In this document: positions 49,279-61,300 of the stretch, piece by piece
Numbering within the stretch: the stretch's first letter is position 1
Layout of the letters: each line of letters starts with the position of its first letter
Assembly (NCBI GenBank): GCA_032718475.1
Contig: JAUCBJ010007002.1
Location: 1 to 64,000 of the forward strand
Reading direction: 5' to 3'
From: Nemertoderma westbladi
Lineage: Eukaryota > Animalia > Xenacoelomorpha
DNA: 64,000 bases
The notes under the pieces: generated by a model
What the model was told of the DNA's origin: nothing
What the model saw: only the letters and a program-made list of their open reading frames with translations
Databases searched by the model: none
Translations under genes and position numbers: made by a program

Positions 49279-50123
49279 TTAAGTAAACAAGAAACTGGTC
49301 TGACTGGAGTTTATTATCAAAAATATGGAAAGTCATCTACATAGCGCCTGTAAAGTTTCGGTTTAAAGGATGGGGGGGGGGGGGGGGCATTCATTAATCA
49401 AGTTCCTAGTGAGCTAAAAATGCAATTTAGAGATGGCCGGCCATGGCTATAGAGCCCATAGCTACAAAATCCTTCTGGTAATATCAATATTAATTAAATA
49501 AACGAATTGTAGTTGAGCTGTTAATGAAACTAATTAATGATATTGTAAGTTGTTCAGAAATGGACATGAAATGAACACATTGTTACTATCAATAAATCAG
49601 AAATGGGCAGTTCGTATACAAAATTTTTGACGTTTGGCAAAATTTTTACACTGCCGAATACCAGGCAAGGCAGTGTAGCCACTACGTTGTAATATTAATT
49701 AAGATATTAAGCATAACAAATGGACACCGGTGCTAATAAAGATAAAAAAAAATATTAAAGATTAATTCGGTGTCCTTGAAATCCTTTTAAAGGTGAGTTT
49801 TGTTTACCTGTTGTACTGAATTTCACATAAAATCTTTTCAGCCCTCATAGATGAAATGTACCATTCGTATCTCAGCCATTCTTCACATTATTCATAGAAA
49901 CAATGTGTTGGCAAGCTGTCTTTTTCGAGGTATTTGTTATTATACATTTATTATAGGAAGGGATCTAGGGGTCTTAACCTCGAATGATAAGTTTATTTAA
50001 CGAAAATAACTTATATTTTATTGGCGCAATTGTAGGACTAATCCATCACATGCGTACTTTTTAACCGGGTAGTGTACAAAATTTAGGAGTCAAAGTTGAA
50101 ATTAAAATCTCACATCTCTCCAA

Positions 50124-50166
50124 ACCACGTACGCGTTTCGATCTTTCTGGGTCTCATAAGCGTGGT
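50124..50166 (-). ncRNA. Degenerate hammerhead ribozyme (mirror copy)
   Basis: ACCACG-CTTATGA-GACC(CAGAAA)GATC-GAAA-CGCG-TA-CGTGGT; core G>T change and a stem II mismatch. Confidence 0.65.
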
Positions 50167-50228
50167 GTCGGATTCGAACGAAAATGGCAGCTGTCTTTGA
50201 AATTAATACTCCATATCTCAAGAACGTG

Positions 50229-50281
50229 TGGCCTAGTGGTTGTAGTCTCGGCTTCCACTCGATGTCCCAGGTTCAAATCCG
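50229..50281 (+). promoter_or_regulatory. tRNA-derived Pol III A and B boxes (SINE-head-like)
   Basis: A box TGGCCTAGTGG and B box GGTTCAAATCC at tRNA-like spacing; no convincing cloverleaf. Confidence 0.55.
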
Positions 50282-50374
50282 ACACCTACCCACTACAACC
50301 ACTAGGCCACAGGTTCTTGAGATAATATGGAGTATTAATCTCAAAGCCAGCTGCCATTTTCGTTCGAGTCCGAC

Positions 50375-50417
50375 ACCATGCTGATGAGACCCAGTAAGGT
50401 CGAAACGCGTACATGGT
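50375..50417 (+). ncRNA. Minimal type I hammerhead ribozyme
   Basis: ACCATG-CTGATGA-GACC(CAGTAA)GGTC-GAAA-CGCG-TA-CATGGT: stem I, catalytic core, stem II, short palindromic stem III, GUA cleavage triplet. Confidence 0.85.
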
Positions 50418-51404
50418 TTGGAGAGATATGAGATATTAATTTCAATAAAAATTACGCGATTCCTAAATTTGTACAATACCCGGTTAAAAAGTACGCATGT
50501 GAAGGGATTAGTCCTACAATTGCGCCAATAAAAGATAAGTTATTTTCGGTAAAATAAACTTATCATTCGAGGTTAAGACCCCTAGATCCCTTCCTGTAAT
50601 AAATTCTTCACATTGGTCGTGATTTTATATTATTATTACAAAGCTTGCGTTGCAAGGATTCCAAATATGTAACAATGTCTGAATTTTGTAGATAAACAGC
50701 TGAGATATAGGCGTTATTTTTAAAGATTGCAAAGATTATCGTTTGCTGGAATGTAACAGGCCAGTGTAAATTTCATTAATTCCTCATTAAATCGCCACAT
50801 TTTCTCCAATTAATTAATTATACTGGATCATCACTAATTTGCTGCTTACTATAGTCTGCTACTCTTCTATGATCCGCAAAATATACAGTATTTTCAGACA
50901 TTTTCTGAGCATTAACAAGGAAATATAAATCCAACAAATATGTTTCAGAATGACTGAGAACTAGAGACGGCGTCAAGACGCCGTTAAGCAAGTCGGAAGT
51001 CATCAATCAAATGTAAATTCCATCAACAAGCTCTCATTGGTGTTATTTTACCATTGCGCCTATGGCGTTTATTCGTTTATCTCTATTTTTCGAGCCCAGA
51101 GGCTATGGACGGAGTAGCCGATCATTACAGGGACCTTAGAATCGCGGTATCTAGATGCTGTGAAAATTTCATCAAAATCGTTAGAGTAGTTTAGGCTGTA
51201 GATCAGCCAGCCAGTCAGCCAGCCAGTCAGCCAACAATTCTTACAGTAATCAAGTCCTATGACTTGCTAACTAGTGACGGGCCTAGCGGCCCGATAAGGA
51301 ACCGACTTTTTATTTCAAATAAAAGAGACAACGAGCTCGGCTCGGTCTTGCACGATTGGGCACGATTAAGTTCGACTTGGCTTGATCGGCTCGGTTTGGC
51401 TCGA

Positions 51405-52112
51405 TTAGGCTCGGCTCAGCTCGGCTCGGCTTGGCTTGGTTCGGCACGGCTCGGCTCGGCTCGGCTCGGCTCGGCTCGGCTCGGCTCGGCTCGGCTCGGC
51501 TCGGCTCGGCTCGGCTCGGCTCGGCTCGGCTCGGCTCGGCTCGGCTCGGCTCGGCTCGGCTCGGCTCGGCTCGGCTCGGCTCGGCTCGGCTCGGCTCGGC
51601 TCGGCTCGGCTCGGCTCGGCTCGGCTCGGCTCGGCTCGGCTCGGCTCGGCTCGGCTCGGCTCGGCTCGGCTCGGCTCGGCTCGGCTCGGCTCGGCTCGAT
51701 TAGGCTCGGCTCGGCCTGGCTCGGCTCGGCTCGGCTCGGCTCGGCTCGGCTCGGCTCGGCTCGGCTCGGCTCGGCTCGGCTCGGCTCGGCTCGGCTCGGC
51801 TCGGCTCGGCTCGGCTCGGCTCGGCTCGGCTCGGCTCGGCTCGGCTCGGCACGGCTCGGTTCGGCTCGGCTCGGCTGGGCTCGGCTCGGCTCGGCTCGGC
51901 TCGGCTCGGCTCGGCTCGGCTCGGCTCGGCTCGGCTCGGCACGGCTCGGCTCGGCTCGGCTCGGCTCGGCTCGGCTCGGCTCGGCTCGGCTCGGCTCGGC
52001 TCGGCTCGGCTCGGCTCGGCTCGGCTCGGCTCGGCTCGGCTCGGCTCGGCTCGGCTCGGCTCGCCTCGGCTCGGCTCGGCTCGGCTCGGCTTGGCTTGGC
52101 TCGGCTTAGCTC
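51405..52112. repeat. (GGCTC)n pentanucleotide microsatellite, ~700 bp
   Basis: Directly visible; degenerate copies extend left to ~51335. Confidence 0.99.
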
Positions 52113-52127
52113 GGTCTGAGTCGACTC

Positions 52128-52380
52128 CCCGTGCTGCTCAAAGGGCGCAAATACATATATCGAAGGGTCAAAGCAAAACTCACGTGCTGCTCGAAGGGAC
52201 AAAGTCAAACAATGTGTCTATTGTTTGATGTAATTCACGTGCTGCTCGAAGGGCGCAAATACATATATCGAAGGGTCAAAGCAAAACTCACGTGCTGCTC
52301 GAAGGGACAAAGTCAAACATTGTGTCTATTATTTGATTATCTCACGTGCTGCTAGAAGGGCGCAACTACATATATCGAAA
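52128..52380. repeat. Short tandem repeat (~108-bp higher-order unit) with a CACGTGCTGCTCGAAGGG core
   Basis: Core recurs five times, alternating two subunit types. Confidence 0.85.
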
Positions 52381-55300
52381 CAAGCCCCTGTCTTGTATTT
52401 TAATTATATCAGAAATCGTTGCCTTCAGTACAAATATCTAAAAATTCATTCACCTGAAGTATGGGTAACATTATAAATTCGTTTTTCGCACAGTAGAGTT
52501 AACTAAGCAAATACCCTCCAGGTTGACTGAATGATTTTATTAATGTTTGCTATGCATAATGTACTATATTTGGGTCCCATGACCCACCCCATTGAACAGC
52601 TTTGCTTACATCTGATAGAAAGTAATCCCAAATTAACTTCCCTCTACGAAAATTATTTTAATTAAATACATACAACATAGCAGTCAACTCTGCTATCAAC
52701 AGTACACAATAACTAAAATGGCATTCAGCTTACCAGCTATTCGCATTAAGCTAATAGATATTCGATTTCATTGGATTCAGTGAGTGAGAATCCCACAGCT
52801 TTTGTTTGCTTACTGTCTGAGTTGTAGAGTGAGGATAATAGTTGGCAGAGAAAGCATTTCCTTGTTAGGTGGCCATTCCTATAGAATAGCATTACTAGGC
52901 TATCTCTATGCATTTTTCATGAGTGCCAGCTGGTGTTTTTATCATTGCGCCTATGGCGTTTTTTCGTTTATGTCTATTTTTCGAGCCCACGGCTCATGGA
53001 CAAAATAGCGGAACATTCCAGGGACCTTAGAATCGCGGTATCCAGCCGCTGTGAAAATTTCATCAAAATCGTTAGAGTAGTTTTGGCTGTAGATCAGCCA
53101 GCCAGCCAGTCAGTCAGTCAGTCACGAGCAATTCTTACAGTAATAATGAACCTCTCGGTTCCTAACTAGTGACGGGCCTAGCGGCCCGATAAGGAACCGA
53201 CTTTTTATTTCAAATAAAAGAGACAACGAGAATTATTATAGAACTAATAATTATGTAAAAATACAATCATATTTCATACAATAATTATTAATAAATTCGA
53301 TCTATTATTAGTTACTCAATTCTAGAACAAAATCGACCTTCAACTAGTGAAGACCTCGTTTTGGAATTTTGAAACCACGCTGGTGCGATGCGCGATATCG
53401 TGTTTAGTTAATAAATTGAAAACTCCATCAATTCATGTGCAACCAGTAATAAGAAATCGCGATAAATGTAATTAAATAAAAATTATTCTAGAAAAATTTT
53501 CCTCAAAAAGTATGAAGTCTTGGCGTTGGTGACGCGAAACTAGGCTAGTGAGATTCAGGATATTGCGTTTAATATAAAAATCGAAAACGCTATCGAATTC
53601 CGTAAAGGCGTTAATAAAATACTGAAACTTTTTTGAAATTTGTAAAATTCTAGAACTGGAAAAAATTATTTTTTGAACGGCGCTGTTTGGGGTTTGGAAA
53701 CATGGATAGGCTGAAAGAGGACATCTAATTAAGTTGAAAAATGAAAACCCCATCGAATTTGGACAAAGCGTTCCGGAGTTATAGCGGATCGAAAAAAATT
53801 GACCCCCCCCCCCAGTCGCCAAAAATTTACAGTAATTTAAAATTTTGCAAAAAAAATTTTTTGCGTTATTTTTGATGGCGAATCGATTGGCAGTACTGGC
53901 TACGAAAAATTTTTTTTTGAAATTTTTGGTCAGGAAAAAAAACATGGAAAAAGTATATTTTTAAAAAGATTTGATGTCTTTGCCTATGGTCAGAGAATGA
54001 TCCAACTCTGTAACTTGGCAATCGCTCAAATCCATTCAGCTGAATGGCACAGTAGAGTAAACTAAAGTAAATTCCCTATACAATGTTCAGAAGGGGTGAC
54101 TGACAGAGAGTAATCCAACAATAAAACATTTTGCAATAATGTTGGCATTAATGTAGCCAACTCACTGTGTACGTAACAGTCATTCAGCTTACATTAGCAG
54201 AGTGAGATATTCCCATAGATTGCATTGGGAAGAGTAATTCAGCTGAGGCGATATTAGATTTCAAACTAAACCAACCAGTTAATAATGTTTGCTTTGACAG
54301 AGAGTGGTGGCCTATACAAACAGTATGGGTGTACTGAGTATAATAATCTTGGCAACCTCATCGATTTATTACTAAGCCTTCTGTAGAAATGCATTACATA
54401 AGCCATTTTTCATCACGACACCAGCTGTCGTGGGTGTTATTTTACCATTGCGCCTATGGCGTTTTTTCGTTTATCTCTATTTTTCGAGCCCAGAGGCTAT
54501 GGACGGAGTAGCCGATCATGCCAGGGACCTTAGAATCGCGGTATCTAGATGCTGTGAAAATTTCATCAAAATCGTTAGAGTAGTTTTGGCTGTAGATCAG
54601 CCAGTCAGCCAGCCAGCCAGCCAGCCAGTCAGCTAACAATTCTTACAGTAATGAACCTCTCGGTTCCTAACTAGTGACGGGCCTAGCGGCCCGATAAGGA
54701 ACCGACTTTTTATTTTAAATAAAAGAGACAACGAGAATTAGTATAGAACTAATAATTATGTAAAAATACAATCACATTTCATACAATAATTATTAATAAA
54801 TTCGATCTATTATTAGTTGCTCAATTCTAGAACAAAATCGACCTGCAACTAGTGAAGAACTCGTTTTGGAATTTCGAAACCACGCTGGTGCGATGCGCGA
54901 TATCGTGTTTAGTTAATAAATTGATAACTCCATCAATTCATGTGCAACCAGTAATAAGAAATCGCGATAAATGTAATTAAATAAAAATTATTCTAGAAAA
55001 ATTTTCCTCAAAAAGTATGAAGTCTTGGCATTGGTGACGCGAAACTAGGCTAGTGAGATTCAGGATATTGCGTTTAATATAAAAATCGAAAACGCTATCA
55101 AATTTCGTAAAGGCGTTAATAAAATACTGCAACTTTTTTGAAATTTGTAAAATTCTAGAACTGGAAAAAATTAATTTTTGAACGGCGCTGTTTGGGGTTT
55201 GGAAACATGGATAGGCTGAAAGAGGACATCGAATTAAGTTGAAAAATGAAAACCCCATCGAATTTGGACAAAGCGTTCCGGAGTTATAGCGGATCGAAAA

Positions 55301-58300
55301 AAATGGACCCCCCCCAGTCGCCAAAAATTTACAGTAATTTAAAATTTTGCAAAATAAATTTTTTGCGTTATTTTTGATGGCGAATCGATTGGCAGTACTG
55401 GCTACGAAAAAATTTTTTTTGAAATTTTTGGTCAGAAAAAAAAACAAAAAGTATATTTTTAAAAAGATTTGATGTCTTTGCCTATGGTCAGAGAATGATC
55501 CAACTCTGTAACTTGGCAATCGCTCAAATCCATTCAGCTGAATGGCACATTAGAGTAAACTAAAGTAAATTCCCTATACAATGTTCTGAAGGGGAGACTG
55601 ACAGAGAGTAATCCAACCAATAAAACATTTTGCAATAATGTTGGCATTAATGTAGCCAACTCACTGTCTACGTAACTGTCATTCAGCTTACATTAGCAGA
55701 GTGAGATATTCCCATAGGTGGCATTGGGAAGAGTAATTCAGCTGAGGCGATATTAGATTTCAAACTAAACCAACCAGTTAATATTTGCTTTGACAGAGAG
55801 TGCAGGGCCTAAACAAACAGTATGGGTGTACTAAGTACATAAGTACAATAATCTTGGCAACCTCATCGATTTATACTAAGCCTTGTGTAGAAATGCATTA
55901 CATAAGCCATTTTTCATCAGGACACCAGCTGTCATGGGTGTTATTTTACCATTGCGCCTATGGCGTTTTTTCGTTTATCTCTATTTTTCGAGCCCAGAGG
56001 CTATGGACGGAGTAGCCGATCATGCCAGGGACCTTAGAATCGCGGTATCTAGATGCTGTGAAAATTTCATCAAAATCGTTAGAGTAGTTTTGGCTATAGA
56101 TTAACCAGCCAGCCAGCCAGTCAATCAGCCAACAATTCTTACAGTAATGAACCTCTCGGTTCCTAACTAGTGACGGGCCTAGCGGCCCGATAAGGAACCG
56201 ACTTTTTATTTTATTAAATAAAAGAGACACCGAGAATTAGTATAGAACTAATAATTATCTAAAAATACAATCATATTTCATACAATAATTATTAATAAAT
56301 TCGATCTATTATTAGTTTCTCAATTCTAGAACAAAATCGACCTGCAACTAGTGAAGACCTCGTTTTAGAATTTCGAAACCACGCTGGTGCGATGCGCGAT
56401 ATCGTGTTTAGTTAATAAATTGAAAACTCCATCAATTCATGTGCAATCAGTAATAAGAAATCGCTATAAATGTAATTAAATAAAAATTATTCTAGAAAAA
56501 TTTTCCTCAAAAAATATGAAATCTTGGCATTGGTGACGCGAAACTAGGCTAGTGAGATTCAGGATATTGCGTTTAATATAAAAATCGAAAACGCTATCGA
56601 ATTCCGTAAAGGCGTTAATAAAATACTGCAACTTTTTTGAAATTTGTAAAATTCTAGAACTAGAAAAAAATAATTTTTGGACGGCGCTGTTTGGGGTTTC
56701 GAAACATGGATAGGCTGAAAGAGGACATCGAATTAAGTTGAAAAATGAAAACCCCATCGAATTTGGACAAAGCGTTCCGGAGTTATAGCGGATCGAAAAA
56801 AATTGACCCCCCCCAGTCGCCAAAAATTTACAGTAATTTAAAATTTTGTAAAAAAAATTTTTTGCGTTATTTTTGATGGCGAATCGATTGGCAGTACTGG
56901 CTACGAAAAATTTTTTTTTTAATTTTTGGTCAGAAAAAAAAACATCGAAAAAGTATATTTTTAAAAAGATTTGATGTCTTTGCCTATGGTCAGAGAATGA
57001 TCCAACTCTGTACTTGGCAATCGCTCAAATCCATTCAGCTGAATGGCACAGTAGAGTAAACTAAAGTATATTTCATACAATAATTATTAATAAATTATTC
57101 TAGAAAAATGTTCCTCAAAAAGTATGAAGTCTTGGCATTGGTGACGCGAAACTAGGCTAGTGAGATTCAGGATATTGCGTTTAATATAAAAATCGAAAAC
57201 GCTATCGAATTCCGTAAAGGCGTTAATAAAATACTGCAACTTTTTTGAAATTTGTAAAATTCTAGAACTAGAAAAAATTAATTTTTGAACGGCGCTGTTT
57301 GGGGTTTCGAAACATGGATAGGCTGAAAGAGGACATCGAATTAAGTTGAAAAATAAAAACCCCATCGAATTTGGACAAAGCGTTCCGGAGTTATAGCGGA
57401 TCGAAAAAAATTGACCCCCCCCAGTCGCCAAAAATTTACAGTAATTTAAAATTTTGCAAAAAAAATTTTTTGCGTTATTTTTGATGGCAAATCGATTGAC
57501 AGTACTGGCTATGAAAAAATCTTTTTGAAATTTTTGGTCAGAAAAAAAACATGGAAAAAGTATCTTTTTAAAAAGATTTGCTGTCTTTGCCTATGGTCAG
57601 AGAATGATCCAACTCTGTTACTTGGCAATCGCTCAAATCCATTCAGCTGAATGGCACAGTAGAGTAAACTAAAGTATATTCCCTATACAATGTTCTGAAG
57701 GGGAGACTGACAGAGAGTCCAACAATAAAACATTTTGCAAAAATGTTGACATTAATGTAGCCAACTCACTGTGTACTTAAGTCATTCAGCTTACATTAGC
57801 AGAGGGAGATATTCCCATAGAGTGCGCATTGGGAAGAGTAATTCAGCTGAGGCAATAATAGATTTCAAACTAAACCAACCAGTTAACAGAGTGTCCTAAG
57901 GCCTAAACAAACAGTATTGGTGTACTAAGTGAATAATCTTGGCAACCTCATCGATTTATACTAAGCCTTGTGTAGAAATCCATTACGTAAGCCATTTTTC
58001 ATCACGACACCAGCTGTTATTGGTGATATTTTACCATTGCGCCTATGGCGTTTTTTCGTTTATGTCTATTTTTCGAGCCCACGGCTCATGGACGAAATAG
58101 CGGAACATATCAGGGACCTTAGAATCGCGGTATCCAGCCGCTGTGAAAATTTCATCAAAATCGTTAGAGTAGTTTTGGCTATAGATTAGCCAGCCAGCCA
58201 GTCAATCAATCAGCCAACAATTCTTACAGTAATGAACCTCTCGGTTCCTAACTAGTGACGGGCCTAGCGGCCCGATAAGGAACCGACTTTTTATTTTAAA

Positions 58301-61300
58301 TAAAAGAGACAACGAGAATTAGTATAGAACTAATAATTATGTAAAAATTAAATCATATTTCATACAATAATTATTAATAAATTCGATCTATTATTAGTTG
58401 CTCAATTCTAGAACAAAATCGACCTGCAACTAGTGAAGACCTCGTTTTGGAATTTCGAAACCACGCTGGTGCGATGCGCGATATCGTGTTTAGTTAATAA
58501 ATTGAAAACTCCACCAATTCATGTGCAACCAGTAATAAGAAATCGCGATAAATGTAATTAAATAAAAATTATTCTAGAAAAATTTTCTTCAAAAAGTATG
58601 AAGTCTTGGCGTTGGTGACGCGAAACTAGGCTAGTGAGATTCAGAATATTGCGTTTAATATAAGAATCGAAAACGCTATCGAATTCCGTAAAGGCGTTAA
58701 TAACAACTTTTTTGAAATTTGTAAAATTCTAGAACTAGAAAAAATTAATTTTTGAACGGTGCTGTTTGGGGTTTCGAAAAATGGATAGGCTGAAAGAGGA
58801 CGTCGAATTAAGTTGAAAAATAAAAACCCCATCGAATTTGGACAAAGCGTTCCGGAGTTATAGCGGATCGAAAAAAATTTACCCCCCCCCCAGTCGCCAA
58901 AAATTTACAGTAATTTAAAATTTTGCAAAAAAAATTTTTTGCGTTATTTTTGATGGCGAATCGATTGGCAGTACTGGCTACAAAAATTTTTTTTTGAAAT
59001 TTTTGGTCAGAAAAAAAAACATGGAAAAAGTATCTTTTTAAAAAGATTTGATGTCTTTGCCTATGGTCAGAGAATGATCCAACTCTGTAACTTGGCAATT
59101 GCTCAAATCCATTCCGCTGAATGGCACAGTAGAGTAAACTAAAGTAATAAACTAAAGTAAATTCCCTATAGAATGTTCTGAAGGGGAGACTGACAGAGAG
59201 TAATCCAACAATAAAACATTTTGCAATAATGTTGGCATTAATGTAGCCAACACACTGTGTACTAAACCGTCATTCACCTTACATTAGCAGAGGGAGAAAC
59301 TTGGATACTCAACTAGAATGGATTGGGAAGAGTTGTTCAGCTGAGGCAATAATAGATTTCAAACTAAACCAACCATTTTATATTTGCTTTGACAAGGTTA
59401 TTAACCAAATACAGATAATAAGAAGTGATTTTTATATTTCAAACTATAAATGTTAGTCTTAGCCTTACAGAGTATCAGTATAAGGCTGAGTAAACATTCC
59501 ACCTTATAAGCATACAGCCTCCACAGTATTAATGTTGGCATTAATGTAGCCGATACACTGTATACCTAATAGTCATTCAGCAGGGGGAAGAGTTATTCAG
59601 CTGAGGCGGTAATAGATTGCAAACTAAACCAACCAGTTGGCAGCCTCATCGATTTATACTAAATCAACCAGTTAATATTTGCTTTGACAAAGAGTGCAGG
59701 GCCTAAACAAACAGTATGGGTGTACTAAGTACAATAATCTTGGCAACCTCATCGATTTATACTAAGCCTTGTGTAGAAATGCATTACATAAGCCATTTTT
59801 CATCAGGACACCAGCTGTCATGGGTGTTATTTTACCATTGCGCCTATGGCGTTTTTTCGTTTATCTCTATTTTTCGAGCCCAGAGGCCATGGACGGAGTA
59901 GCCGATCATGCCAGGGACCTTAGAATCGCGGTATCTAGATGCTGTGAAAATTTCATCAAAATCGTTAGAGTAGTTTTGGCTGTAGATTAGCCAGTCAGCC
60001 AGCCAGTCAGCTAACAATTCTTACAGTAATGAACCTCTCGGTTCCTAACTAGTGACGGGCCTAGCGGCCCGATAAGGAACCGACTTTTTATTTTAAATAA
60101 AAGAGACAATGAAAATTAGTATAGAACTAATAATTATGTAAAAATACAATCACATTTCAAACAATAATTATTAATAAGTCGATCTATTATTAGTTGCTCA
60201 ATCTCAATTCTAGAACAAAATGTAAATTGTGTTATTTATTTTATAAGTATTTACACAATATATATAAACAAACTTTATCATGTATAGCATCCATCATTAA
60301 TAATTGAGCTAAGATAGTTGATTCGAATAGTTGCAACGTTACTATCAGCACCGAATGCCATCCAAACTAATTAACCGACAATTATCACCTTAATCAACCT
60401 CCGATAAAACACAACCAAACTCGCTCACAACTAATTCCCATCTCTGTACCGAGAACCAAAGTTTTCTTTGATCAGAGACTCACAAATTGAGTCGCGTTTT
60501 CCGTTCTGCATCTCCGCTACATGATGCCAAAATCGACAGGACAGAACAGAACAAAATCGACCTGCAACTAGTGAAGACCTCGTTTTGGAATTTCGAAACC
60601 ATGCTGGTGCGATGCGCAATATCGTGTTTAGTTAATAAATTGAAAACTCCATCAATTCATGTGCAACCAGTAATAAGAAATCGCTATAAATGTAATTAAA
60701 TAAAAATTATTCTAGAAAAATTTTCCTCAAAAAGTATGAAGTCTTGGCGTTGGTGACGCGAAACTAGGCTAGTGAGATTCAGGATATTGCATTTAATATA
60801 AGAATCGAAAACGCTATCGAATTCCGTAAAGGCGTTAATAAAATACTGCAACTTTTTTGAAATTTGTAAAATTCTAAAACTAGAAAAAATTAAATTTTGA
60901 ACGGCGCTGTTTGGGGTTTCGAAACATGGATAGACTGAAAGAGGACATCGAATTAAGTTGAAAAATAAAAACCCCATCGAATTTGGACAAAGCGTTCCGG
61001 AGTTATAGCGGATCGAAAAAAATTGACCCCCCCCCCCCAGTTGCCAAAAATTTACAGTAATTTAAAATTTTGCAAAAAAAATTTTTTGCGTTATTTTTGA
61101 TGGCGAATCGATTGGCAGTACTGGCTACGAAAAAATTTTTTTGAAATTTTTGGTCAGAAAAAAAAACATGGAAAAATTATATTTTTAAAAAGATTTGTCT
61201 TTGCCTACAGTATGGTCAGAGAATGATCCAACTCTGTAACTTGGCAATCGCTCAAATCCATTCAGCTGAATGGCACAGTAGAGTAAACTAAAGTAAATTC

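Larger units (their letters stand above)
49890..50602. mobile_element. Penelope/retrozyme-like inverted insertion with ~300-bp arms (49946-50246 and 50292-50604)
   Basis: Long imperfect palindrome, hammerhead motif in each arm, flanking 12-bp direct repeat ATTCTTCACATT (49878-49889 and 50603-50614). Confidence 0.7.

Noticed and set aside
50222-50295. Functional tRNA gene
   Set aside because: A and B boxes are present but I cannot build acceptor and anticodon stems; treated as a tRNA-derived remnant.
51264-52208. Long ORFs (SARLG)n and (AEPSR)n
   Set aside because: Artefacts of the stop-free GGCTC microsatellite.
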